From a virus (lineage: Duplodnaviria > Caudoviricetes), in IMG/VR virus record IMGVR_UViG_3300011405_000021, positions 1-28,377 of that record: 28,377 nucleotides of DNA; one strand, written 5' to 3'. Every line of letters begins with the position of its first letter. The first letter of the stretch is position 1. The position numbers and the translations under genes are program-made. This document shows, one piece after another, positions 7,023 to 16,200 of the stretch. The notes under the pieces are model-generated. The model had not been told where the DNA came from, made no database searches, and worked only from the letters and a program-made list of their open reading frames with translations.

Positions 7023-8075
7023 ATGAAGTATATTACACCCACCAGACACGTTGAAAAAATACAGCTAATAGACCCTTATCGCAACGATCCCGCACGTCGG
7101 CAGCATCATGTTACGCCGATTGTATCGCCGCTATACGTTGTCACAGCAATATTCAATCCTTCACGTTACTACACTCGATACAAGTTGTACCATCAGTTTG
7201 AGCAGATGATTGAAAATGCTGGTGGGATTCTGTACACAATTGAGTTAGCACTGAGAGATCGTGCGTTTGAGGTTACTGAACCAGATAACCCGCACCACAT
7301 TCAGTTGCGTACAACTTCAGAGATTTGGTCAAAAGAACTTCTATTGAACCTCGCTATTCAACGGTTACCCGCCGACTTTGAGTACGTTGCGACTATCGAT
7401 GCAGACGTTGAGTTTGCAAGGCCAGATTTTATTAATGAAACTTTACATCAGCTACAATCTTACAAGATTGTACAAATGTTCTCACATGCTACTGATTTAA
7501 ATGCTGATTTTCAGCCTATAAATACCCAGACAGGTTTTGTGTATGACTGGATGAGCGGACATCCTCACCCAAAGAGGGTTAACAGTAAGAATAAGGACCA
7601 GCACTGGAATTACCCGTACTATGGCAGTCACGCATTTCACTCCGGGTATGCTTGGGCTTATAGACGCTCTGCTTTGGCTGATCTTGGTGGGTTAGGCGAC
7701 ATTGCTATTCTTGGCTCTGGAGATCATCACCAATGTACTGCTCTTTTTGGAATGGTTCAAGAGTCAATTCACGGAGGTATGAGCCAAACTTTTAAGGATT
7801 ATTGGCAAGAGTGGGAAGATCGTGCTACCAGAAGTATTAAACGAAATGTTGGTTACGTACCAGGATCTCTAGATCATTACTTCCATGGACCTAAGAAGAA
7901 CAGACGTTATAATACTCGTTGGCAGATACTTGTAGATGAACAGTTCAATCATCTTGTTGATTTGAAGCGAGATCCCCAAGGCGTATATACCCTTACAGAT
8001 CGCAATATAAAACTACGAGACAAAATTAAGGCGTACTTCAAAGAACGAAATGAAGACGACATAAGGACGGACTAA
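7023..8075 (+). CDS. putative glycosyltransferase (GT-A-like)
   Basis: WSKELLLNLAI..LP, TIDADVEF (DxD), GYAWAYRR..L..LGGL, ILGSGD and HYFHG motifs. Confidence 0.6.
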   Translation: MKYITPTRHVEKIQLIDPYRNDPARRQHHVTPIVSPLYVVTAIFNPSRYYTRYKLYHQFEQMIENAGGILYTIELALRDRAFEVTEPDNPHHIQLRTTSEIWSKELLLNLAIQRLPADFEYVATIDADVEFARPDFINETLHQLQSYKIVQMFSHATDLNADFQPINTQTGFVYDWMSGHPHPKRVNSKNKDQHWNYPYYGSHAFHSGYAWAYRRSALADLGGLGDIAILGSGDHHQCTALFGMVQESIHGGMSQTFKDYWQEWEDRATRSIKRNVGYVPGSLDHYFHGPKKNRRYNTRWQILVDEQFNHLVDLKRDPQGVYTLTDRNIKLRDKIKAYFKERNEDDIRTD

Positions 8076-8076
8076 A

Positions 8077-8391
8077 ATGAAAAAACTACAAATTACCGCA
8101 CCAGAGATGTTTGAGGTAGTGGGCTTTGACCTTGTGGTATCTGGAAAGGTCAACCCCGCACACATGCCGGTACAGGTTTACGTAATGGCCGCAGACGGGA
8201 AGTGGTACCTGCAAAAGCCCGCTGTAAAAACTGGCAATAAATGGAGTGTTGACTGCCATATCGGCTTTGAAGCACCAGAAGATTTTGTATACACCATAGT
8301 TGCAGTTATGACGGAAGACCGTCCCACCACACCTATTGACGTGTTACCAGATGTTTGCATGTCGGATGCGGTGACTGTACTAAGAAATTAA
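8077..8391 (+). CDS. hypothetical beta-rich (Ig-like) protein
   Basis: 104-aa ORF in the operon with an alternating beta-strand pattern (ITAP...VSGKV...VQVYV...WYLQ). Confidence 0.6.
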   Translation: MKKLQITAPEMFEVVGFDLVVSGKVNPAHMPVQVYVMAADGKWYLQKPAVKTGNKWSVDCHIGFEAPEDFVYTIVAVMTEDRPTTPIDVLPDVCMSDAVTVLRN

Positions 8392-8392
8392 C

Positions 8393-8803
8393 ATGATTGT
8401 CTGCATATACAGGGACCATCTGAGATATTTTCAAAAGAAGTGCGAGAAGTCTAAGGTAGAACAGTATGCAGTGCTATTAGGCTTTAGAATATCCCCAACC
8501 ATTGTGGAAGTTCACAAATGGAAATATCCACGTAATCTTAGGGTGCAGACATCAGACGCAGTAGAAGGAGATTTTACTAAAGAGTATGAGTACGCCCGCC
8601 AATATGGAATGATAGTAGTCGGAGACGTACATAGTCATATCAACGAAGATCCTATAATGTCTCCGACTGACTTTGTAAATCATCGTAAAAATAATTTTTG
8701 TGTCAGTGGTATTATCAGTGTAAATAAAAAGATTATCGACGTAGCTTTTTGGGAGCTGCACTCGCCATTACCGGCAACATTACAATATATTAAACGAGGT
8801 TAG
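8393..8803 (+). CDS. JAB/MPN (JAMM) metalloprotease domain protein
   Basis: N-terminal Glu (VEQYAVLLG) and VGDVHSHINEDPIMSPTD, which fits HxH-x7-S-x2-D. Confidence 0.8.
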   Translation: MIVCIYRDHLRYFQKKCEKSKVEQYAVLLGFRISPTIVEVHKWKYPRNLRVQTSDAVEGDFTKEYEYARQYGMIVVGDVHSHINEDPIMSPTDFVNHRKNNFCVSGIISVNKKIIDVAFWELHSPLPATLQYIKRG

Positions 8804-8807
8804 TACA

Positions 8808-8948
8808 ATGTATGAAATTACATATCTAGAAGTACAAACCTCGAAAGAGCAGGTAAAGCAGGTTAAGACTTACAAAGAACTAGAATATGTGTTGGAAGAA
8901 ATAGTTGGCAGTAATTTTTTAACTCTCATATCTGTGAAGAAACTGTGA
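8808..8948 (+). CDS. small hypothetical protein (46 aa)
   Basis: GAGG RBS; MYEITYLEVQ...ISVKKL; fills the operon gap and is below the ORF-track cutoff. Confidence 0.6.
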   Translation: MYEITYLEVQTSKEQVKQVKTYKELEYVLEEIVGSNFLTLISVKKL

Positions 8949-8955
8949 GGTGCCT

Positions 8956-9072
8956 ATGCCCTTTAAATCTTCAAAACAGAGGCGGTTCTTATTTAAAAAG
9001 CACCCAAAAATAGCCAAGCGGTGGGCAAAGAAGTACGGTGTAAAAATACGTAAGACAAAGAAAAGACGATGA
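8956..9072 (+). CDS. small basic protein (38 aa), MPFKS..QRR type
   Basis: GAGGTG RBS; MPFKSSKQRRFLFKKHPKIAKRWAKKYGVKIRKTKKRR. Confidence 0.75.
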   Translation: MPFKSSKQRRFLFKKHPKIAKRWAKKYGVKIRKTKKRR

Positions 9073-9197
9073 CTTTTTATTCGAGGAAGCAACGAACCTG
9101 GTTGAAAGAACACAAACCAGAGATATACGAAGAGTTCAAGAAAGATGGTGGTATCAAGGTAGTCAAGTTTAAGGACAAAAAGAAAGGTAAGAAATAA
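9069..9197 (+). CDS. small basic protein (42 aa), paralogue of the preceding gene
   Basis: ATGA overlap; MTFYSRKQRTWLKEHKPEIYEKFKKDGGIKVVKFKDKKKGKK. Confidence 0.7.
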   Translation: MTFYSRKQRTWLKEHKPEIYEEFKKDGGIKVVKFKDKKKGKK

Positions 9198-9454
9198 TGT
9201 TAGACTTCATCAACAACAGTCGAGTAACTGCAGGATGGGCACCACTCAAGAAGTTACCTAAGTCGCTGTCAAAGTGCTTTCCAAGATTTAAGGTGGTTGG
9301 TTCATCCTTAATGTTTGACACATCTTTAGAGCCAACTTTACTAGATGTGCTCAGAGTTAATGATCTAAAATCGGTGTGGAAAACAAAAACTACAGAACTA
9401 TCCATTGTATTGCCTAAGTCACTGATGAAAGGATGGTTTTCTAGTTATGAGTAA
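9197..9454 (+). CDS. hypothetical protein
   Basis: TAATG coupling with the upstream gene; 85 aa. Confidence 0.6.
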   Translation: MLDFINNSRVTAGWAPLKKLPKSLSKCFPRFKVVGSSLMFDTSLEPTLLDVLRVNDLKSVWKTKTTELSIVLPKSLMKGWFSSYE

Positions 9455-9584
9455 TTCAACACATTTACTGAATAACTCTAAAGCTCAAGATCGAATTGAT
9501 GAATTAGAGCAAATCGTGGCAGAGATAGAGAAGCGTATGCGGGAAGCCGCAGAAAAGATAGCACAGTTAGAGGTTGCAAGTTAA
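9447..9584 (+). CDS. small coiled-coil protein (45 aa)
   Basis: MSNSTHLLNNSKAQDRIDELEQIVAEIEKRMREAAEKIAQLEVAS; overlaps its neighbours. Confidence 0.55.
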   Translation: MSNSTHLLNNSKAQDRIDELEQIVAEIEKRMREAAEKIAQLEVAS

Positions 9585-9739
9585 TGGCAGTTGTGCATAA
9601 CGTTCCTTGCAAAGAAGGACCGGCCTGTTGGCTTTGTTTTAGGAGATACTACTGTATCTGGCCTGCTCACATGATTAAAGAATGGTTCGACAAATATCAC
9701 AAAGGTAAGGATTACGCGGAAAAGTACTATGAAAAATAA
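9584..9739 (+). CDS. small Cys/aromatic-rich protein (51 aa)
   Basis: GAGG RBS and TAATG coupling; MAVVHNVPCKEGPACWLCFRRYYC... Confidence 0.55.
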   Translation: MAVVHNVPCKEGPACWLCFRRYYCIWPAHMIKEWFDKYHKGKDYAEKYYEK

Positions 9740-9762
9740 CATAGACCCAGCACCCAGCATGT

Positions 9763-9838
9763 CTGGGTGTAAGATAGCCTGGTAATCGCCCTACCTTGGA
9801 CGTAGGGATCGCTAGTTCAAATCTAGCCACCCAGACCA
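9763..9838 (+). tRNA. tRNA-Pro (anticodon TGG)
   Basis: Acceptor CTGGGTG/CACCCAG; anticodon stem CCTAC/GTAGG with loop CTTGGAC; T-arm GCTAG-TTCAAAT-CTAGC; C1-G72, A73; encoded CCA. Confidence 0.95.
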
Positions 9839-9845
9839 ACCTCAA

Positions 9846-10073
9846 ATGAAACAACAAGACCTACTAGTTTTTGAACTACAGCGTTATTTGTTCGGAGAAA
9901 CCACAGTCAGTGAGTTTCAAGACTGGTTAGTGCCCTACACATGGACCCCGCCAAAAGCAGTTGCTACACTTGCCCACTCAATTGAATTACACCTCGCAGA
10001 ATTTAGTAAAGGACATGCCTCTGAGCATGAGCTTAAAGAGGTTTTAAGAAAGGAACTAGAGAACCATGTTTAA
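9846..10073 (+). CDS. hypothetical protein
   Basis: 75-aa helical ORF overlapping the next start. Confidence 0.65.
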   Translation: MKQQDLLVFELQRYLFGETTVSEFQDWLVPYTWTPPKAVATLAHSIELHLAEFSKGHASEHELKEVLRKELENHV

Positions 10074-10368
10074 AGGAATGAATTTCATGTTTGATTATGA
10101 GCTAACAAAACCCAAGCCAACCCACAACGCTGACAAACATCGTCATCAATGTCAGTCGCAGCCATGCAAACACGATCATATTGATTATTGTACCCATTGC
10201 AGTGAGTTTTATTGTTTAGACTGTAATGAAAATAGCCAGGAGCTATCAAAGTTAGTTTCAGGACGTATGGAAGATCGCTTTTCAGATTATCAAGAGTTGG
10301 CGGATTACCTATGTGAGGACTTAATTGGAAAACAATATAGATTCGAGGTACGAAATCAGGATCGTTAA
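10066..10368 (+). CDS. Cys/His-rich hypothetical protein
   Basis: AAGGA RBS; CKH...YCTHC...YCLDC. Confidence 0.6.
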   Translation: MFKGMNFMFDYELTKPKPTHNADKHRHQCQSQPCKHDHIDYCTHCSEFYCLDCNENSQELSKLVSGRMEDRFSDYQELADYLCEDLIGKQYRFEVRNQDR

Positions 10369-10495
10369 TCCAGTCGTTACCATGACAGAAGCATTGGATC
10401 TTGTAGAGTTTCTTTTGCAAAATGAAATTGCCCGTCTGTCTGATGACTTTGATGACTTCCTTCACAGCTCTTTAATCAAGTTCCACGAGTGTTAG
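10325..10495 (+). CDS. small acidic hypothetical protein (56 aa)
   Basis: GAGGA before TTG 10325 (alternative ATG 10382); ends 1 nt before the next start. Confidence 0.45.
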   Translation: MENNIDSRYEIRIVNPVVTMTEALDLVEFLLQNEIARLSDDFDDFLHSSLIKFHEC

Positions 10496-10496
10496 C

Positions 10497-10739
10497 ATGC
10501 CTTTAGCGCCTGTATTGAATCAAGGTCAACTACGTTGGTATTCCCTAGAACGCCTTAAAACGGCGTGTCTAAACGGAATCTCTGTAATAATGAGCGCTGT
10601 CATAGGTGCTGTTAACATGTTCCGCAGCGCAGAAGTATCTACAGCCACCGTTGTTAACAACGCTGTGATTGGTGGTACAGGTATTATAAACTCCACTTCT
10701 ACAGACTCTGTACAAGTCATTGTCTGTGAGGATGATTAA
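10497..10739 (+). CDS. hypothetical protein
   Basis: 80 aa; TAATG-coupled to the next gene. Confidence 0.55.
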   Translation: MPLAPVLNQGQLRWYSLERLKTACLNGISVIMSAVIGAVNMFRSAEVSTATVVNNAVIGGTGIINSTSTDSVQVIVCEDD

Positions 10740-11089
10740 TGGCCATTCCAACTAAATTAACATTTAACCAAGATAACGATCAGGTTATCAGAATTACAGA
10801 ATTACATAATGGCCTCGACGCCGCTGACTTTTTTACAACCGCCACCGTTACAGCGACATTACGTAACCGTGACGGTGATGATGTCACTGGAGTCATTGAT
10901 TTGCCTCTGACTTATGTACCAGATCCTGGTGGAGATCCAGATTGGCTTGAGGGTACTTATCAAGGACAGGTTGAGGAAACATTTCATCCAGATCTTGGTG
11001 GTGGGTATGAGCTTCAAATAACTTCAACACAGGGATCTACTGTAGGAAACTGGTTTATCAAGGCAGAAGTGAAAGTACGGAGATCATAA
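10739..11089 (+). CDS. hypothetical beta-sandwich protein, possible virion component
   Basis: GAGGA RBS; ATVTATL.N.DG..V...L.YV...GTYQG...Y.L.IT pattern. Confidence 0.65.
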   Translation: MAIPTKLTFNQDNDQVIRITELHNGLDAADFFTTATVTATLRNRDGDDVTGVIDLPLTYVPDPGGDPDWLEGTYQGQVEETFHPDLGGGYELQITSTQGSTVGNWFIKAEVKVRRS

Positions 11090-11142
11090 CATGTACTTCT
11101 TCTTTAGCGGCTCATGGTTGTCCAGAACAGGCGGTTTTATAG

Positions 11143-11775
11143 ATGACTAACTCTTATTTAGGTTACCAAAATCCTTCGATTGTAGATAAAAAGCTTGACA
11201 GTGAGTCAGTGACTGTCGGATTAAACATTGTAGAGCGTGAGCGCATTCAGATCTCAGGCTCCGGTGCCACAGACATTGCTCCTATCACTCTTGATGACGG
11301 TGTTCTTGTTAACTTTGCTAAAAATGCTACTGATACCTATGAAATGTGGTTTCCTGTAGCTGCTGCTGGTTCTGGCGATGCTGTTGAAATAGTAGGCAGC
11401 GCAAGCAGAGTTGGCAGGGTCTTAGAAATATATGTAGCTAATCCATCAGTTCAAACAGTCTTTCAGTTTGTTAAGCGAAGTACTGCCGCGAGTGGTGGTA
11501 CGGCTTCAAATCCTCCAGCTACCCCGCTGGATAGTAACGATGCTGCCGCCACTGTGGTTATTAAGAACTACTCAGTGGTTCCGACCCCCGGCACTATAGT
11601 TGGAAGCCCACTATTTAAAAAGACATTGGCTACCTCACAACACCTAGATAAGGTTTGGGCCGATGGTGGTGGACAACCGCCAACTCTGAGAGCAATCACA
11701 GAAACAATTTGTATTAACGTTGATGGTGCAGTGACTTTCGATGTGTATCTTCGATGGACTGAGGCAAGTACCTAA
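11143..11775 (+). CDS. hypothetical protein, possible virion component
   Basis: 210 aa, Thr/Ala/Val-rich, C-terminal ..WTE ending; ERERIQISG N-terminal motif. Confidence 0.7.
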   Translation: MTNSYLGYQNPSIVDKKLDSESVTVGLNIVERERIQISGSGATDIAPITLDDGVLVNFAKNATDTYEMWFPVAAAGSGDAVEIVGSASRVGRVLEIYVANPSVQTVFQFVKRSTAASGGTASNPPATPLDSNDAAATVVIKNYSVVPTPGTIVGSPLFKKTLATSQHLDKVWADGGGQPPTLRAITETICINVDGAVTFDVYLRWTEAST

Positions 11776-13239
11776 ATGTCAATTAATCCAACTTTACCTC
11801 TGACTCACGTAGACACAACTTACATTCAACCTACTGGTAAAATAATTCACGTAGCATCTGGACAAAGCCTACAAGAAGCTCTTGATATAGCCCAACCAGG
11901 TGACACCATTACCTTAGATAAGGGAGCTACTTATGTAGGTAATTTTAATTTATCAGTTAAATCTGGTTCGGAATATATTGTAGTAACATCCCGTGATTTT
12001 ACTAATCAGTTACGAGTGTCACCAGAGACTAAGATGGCTTGTATAGTAGGACTGGGAGCAGGACCGGCAATATACACGTCTGCGGTAGCACATCATTACA
12101 GATTTATTGGATTAGAGATTAAATCAGATGTTGGGCAATATAATCATGGTCTAGTGCGCTTTGGCAGCGGAGAGGAAACCACTGTTGAACAGTTCCCACA
12201 CCACTTAATTCTTGATCGTTGCTACGTGCATGGTGATGCAATAGCGGGTGGTAAGCGTGGAGTACTTCTTAGTGGAGATTACTTAGCAGTCATTAATTGC
12301 CATTTATCTGATTGGAAGGGTATAGGACAGGATACTCAAGCTATATGCGGCTGGACAGGACGCGGGCCTTGGAAGATAAAGAATAATTATATTGAAGGTG
12401 CTGGCGAAAATTTAATGATTGGTGGTGCAGATACCCACATACCTGACTTAACGCCATCGGACATAGAAATTTGTGGTAATAAATTCTTTAAGCCTTTGTC
12501 GTGGAAAGTAGGACATCCCGATTATTCGGGAACTCCGTGGTTGATAAAGAATTTACTTGAATTGAAACATGCCCGAAGAGTGTTGATTTTTTATAACACG
12601 TTTGAGAATTGTTGGAGGCACGGCCAAGTTGGGTTTGCAGTTACTTTTACGGTGAGAAATCAAAGTGGAACTAATCCTTGGGCTACAGTTAGCGACGTGA
12701 CATTTATACGAAATGATGTCTTTAATACAGCAAACGGAATTAACATGCTTGGATACGACAACGAAAGCGGCGTTCCTAGTCAGTATTCAAAGCGATTGCT
12801 TATTCAGCATAATTTGTTTAGAGATATTGGAACATCAAATGAAGATGGTATTGCTTTCCAAATTTTGTATGGGTATCAAGACGTGAAGATTGACCACAAC
12901 ACAGCTATTCATACTGGCACCACTATTGTTGCTGAGGGAGAGTCATTTCCACGATTTATGTTTTCTAATAATATAGTACAACACAATTTATATGGAATAT
13001 TTGGTAGTGGATACGGAGTAGGAAACGGCGCAATCGAACATTACTTTCCAGGTTCATTGATTGTAAAAAACGTGTTTAAGTCTAATGAATCTGGTTACGA
13101 GTCTCTATATCCTCCTGATAATTATTTTCCACTTACAAATGAATCTATTGGATTTGTGGATTATCCGCATGATCTACATCTTTCGGAATCTAGCCCGTAC
13201 TATCATGGCACGGCAGAAAATACAAATATTGGATATTAA
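11776..13239 (+). CDS. right-handed parallel beta-helix (pectate lyase-like fold) protein
   Basis: SLQEALDIAQPGDTITL N-cap; repeated I.NN.I/F.N beta-helix rungs; KNLLELK motif; DLHLSESSPY C-cap. Confidence 0.8.
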   Translation: MSINPTLPLTHVDTTYIQPTGKIIHVASGQSLQEALDIAQPGDTITLDKGATYVGNFNLSVKSGSEYIVVTSRDFTNQLRVSPETKMACIVGLGAGPAIYTSAVAHHYRFIGLEIKSDVGQYNHGLVRFGSGEETTVEQFPHHLILDRCYVHGDAIAGGKRGVLLSGDYLAVINCHLSDWKGIGQDTQAICGWTGRGPWKIKNNYIEGAGENLMIGGADTHIPDLTPSDIEICGNKFFKPLSWKVGHPDYSGTPWLIKNLLELKHARRVLIFYNTFENCWRHGQVGFAVTFTVRNQSGTNPWATVSDVTFIRNDVFNTANGINMLGYDNESGVPSQYSKRLLIQHNLFRDIGTSNEDGIAFQILYGYQDVKIDHNTAIHTGTTIVAEGESFPRFMFSNNIVQHNLYGIFGSGYGVGNGAIEHYFPGSLIVKNVFKSNESGYESLYPPDNYFPLTNESIGFVDYPHDLHLSESSPYYHGTAENTNIGY

Positions 13240-13255
13240 CTGCAGGTAGTATAGT
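13231..13255 (+). promoter_or_regulatory. possible third, weaker copy of the phage promoter motif upstream of the fibre gene
   Basis: GGA-TATTAACT-N8-TATAGT, with the same spacing as GGA-TATATACT-N8-TAGACT at 3941. Confidence 0.35.
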
Positions 13256-13290
13256 TTGTTTTAAGAATCTTAGAAAGGAGAAAGTACCTA

Positions 13291-16200
13291 ATGGTTAGAG
13301 GAACAATAGATATTCCATCACCTACATCTGCAGTATCTAATGCATTATCTGTTGAAACTGCAGCTAGAGCTTCTGCGGACACTGCTCTATCTAATGCTGT
13401 TAGTATACTTTCTGCTATTGTAAGTGTCAATAATTCAGCTTATCTTTCCCTAGTAAACAGAGTCTCAGCTAATAGCGGTACAGGTGGCAGTGGCAGCGTC
13501 ACATCTACTGAACTATCTGCCATTAATGCTTCCTTAAATACACGCGTTGATGACAACTCGGCACAGATGTTTAGTGCTGACAATGCCATTTCTAACGCTG
13601 TAAGTATTCTTAGTGCTCAACTAAGCCTGCAGGTTTCTGCCCTGTCTCAGGTTCATTCTGCACTATCAGCTAATGTAGCCAGCATCTCTTCAAATATTTC
13701 GGCCATTAGTTCTCGCCTTTCTGCTCTGTCTTCTCAGGTATCCTCTAATTCCGCTCAGATGATTTCTGCGGATGACGCTATTTCTAACGCGCTTTCAATA
13801 GAAATCGCAAATAGAGTATCAGCAGTCAATCGTGTATCTAATGCTCTATCGACATTAGTCTTAGACAGTATTTTGAATGTCTCTGTTCCGACACCGACTG
13901 ATGGACAAGTACTGGTATGGAAGTCGGCAGATTCGCAGTGGATCGCGGACACCATTGCTGTTGGCGCGGGCTCTGTTACCTCTACGGAGGTTTCAGCAGT
14001 AAGTGCTGCAGCCCAATCAGCTATAGACACCGTATCAGCAGCACTGGCAACACTTAGCGTAAATGTTTCTGCCATCAGTTCACGACTATCGGCATTATCT
14101 TCTCAAATATCAACAAACTCGGCCCAAATGGTGTCGGCGGATAATGCTATAAGTAATGCTGTCAGTGTTCTATCCGTGCAGCTGTCATTGCAGATCTCTG
14201 CAATGTCACAGGTGCATTCCGCACTATCAGCAAATGTGGCTGCTATCTCTACAAATGTGTCGGCAATTAGCAGCAGGTTATCCGCGTTATCTGCTCAACT
14301 ATCTACAGACATCTCTGCGATCTCTCAGGCACACTCAGCTTTGAGCGCTAACGTAGCTACAATATCTTTGGGCTTGTCTGCGTTAAGTACGCTAGTCTCT
14401 GTTTTGTCAGCAACACTGTCATTGCAGATTTCCGCAATGAGTCAGGTACACTCAGCGCTATCTGCAAACGTAGCTACAATGTCGTTGAATGCTTCAGTGA
14501 TGAGTACGAGACTTTCTGCATTATCATCACAAGTGTCTACAAACTCTGTGCAAATGGTGTCGGCAGACAACGCAATCAGCAACGCAGTTAGTGTGTTGTC
14601 TGTGCAGTTATCGTTGCAGATATCGGCAATGTCACAGGTGCATTCTGCTCTGAGTGCTAATGTCGCTGCATTATCTCTGAATCAGTCAGCGATTTCAACT
14701 AGACTTTCTGCACTGTCTTCACAGGTTACTACGAATAGTGCTCAGATGACATCCGCAGACGACGCAATTAGCAATGCTGTCAGTGTTGAAACAGCGGCTA
14801 GAATTGCTGGTGATAATGCTATATCTAACTTGGTATCTGCTTTGTCAGTCCAGTTAAGCCTGCAAGTATCTGCTCTGTCACAGGTTCATTCTGCTTTGTC
14901 GGCTAACGTTGCCGCTTTGTCACTGAATCAGTCGGCTATCAGTACGCGCCTGTCTGCTCTGTCATCACAGGTGACAACCAACTCTGCCCAGATGACTTCC
15001 GCTGATGATGCTATCTCAAATGCCCTTTCAGTAGAAATTGCTAATAGAGTGTCAGCCGTCAATAGAGTTTCTAACGCATTGTCAACTTTGGTGTTAGATT
15101 CTATTGCTAACGTGTCTGCGCCTTCTCCGTCAGATAGTCAGGTGTTGACCTGGAATTCTGCCGCCGCTCAGTGGATTGCAGATACTATTGCGGTGGGCGC
15201 TGGTTCGGTAACATCTAACGAAGTATCTGCTGTAAGCGCGGCAGCACAGTCAGCTATAGATACAGTTTCGGTTGCTCTTGCTACTCTTAGTCTGAACGTT
15301 TCAGCCATAAGCACCCGACTGTCTGCGCTATCCGCACAAGTAAGCACTAATAGTGCTCAGATGACCAGCGCAGATGACGCGATTTCTAACGCTGTGTCTG
15401 TGGAAACTGCTGCTCGTATTGCTGGAGATAACCTTATTAGTAATGCTGTTTCAGCGTTGTCTGTACAGCTTTCATTACAGGTGTCTGCGCTATCTCAGGT
15501 TCACAGCGCTCTTTCTGCAAATGTTGCCGCGCTTTCTTTGAATCAGTCGGCTATTTCTTCTAGGCTTTCTGCCTTATCCTCACAGGTTTCTAGCAATTCG
15601 GCACAAATGACCTCAGCCGATGACGCTATTAGTAATGCTGTGTCGGCACTGTCCGTACAATTGTCATTGCAAATCTCCGCAATGTCCCAGGTGCACTCAG
15701 CTCTGTCTGCTAACGTAGCTACAATATCAACCAATGTCTCAGCAATCAGTTCTAGACTATCAGCGCTTTCAGCTCAGCTATCTACAGATATATCAGCGAT
15801 CTCGCAAGCCCATTCAGCACTGTCGGCTAACGTTGCTACTATTTCATTAAATCTTTCTGCACTTAGCACTATTGTGTCAGTTTTGTCTGCAACGTTATCT
15901 TTGCAGATTTCTGCCATGTCGCAAGTTCATTCTGCATTGAGTGCTAATGTTGCTGGTATTTCTACCAACGTCTCTGCTATCTCTACAAGACTGTCGGCCC
16001 TATCTTCACAGGTTACTACAAATTCAGCACAAATGGTGTCTGCTGACAACGCGATCTCTAATGCCGTGTCTATTTTGTCGGCTGATTTAAGCGTAAGAAT
16101 GTCAGCAATGTCACAAGTACATAGTGCCTTGTCCGCGAACGTCGCTGTCATTTCGTCGAACGTTTCAGCACTAAGCACGGCAGTTTCGGTGCTGAGTAAC

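Noticed and set aside
9675-9857. Minus-strand 60-aa ORF
   Set aside because: It is the antisense of tRNA-Pro.
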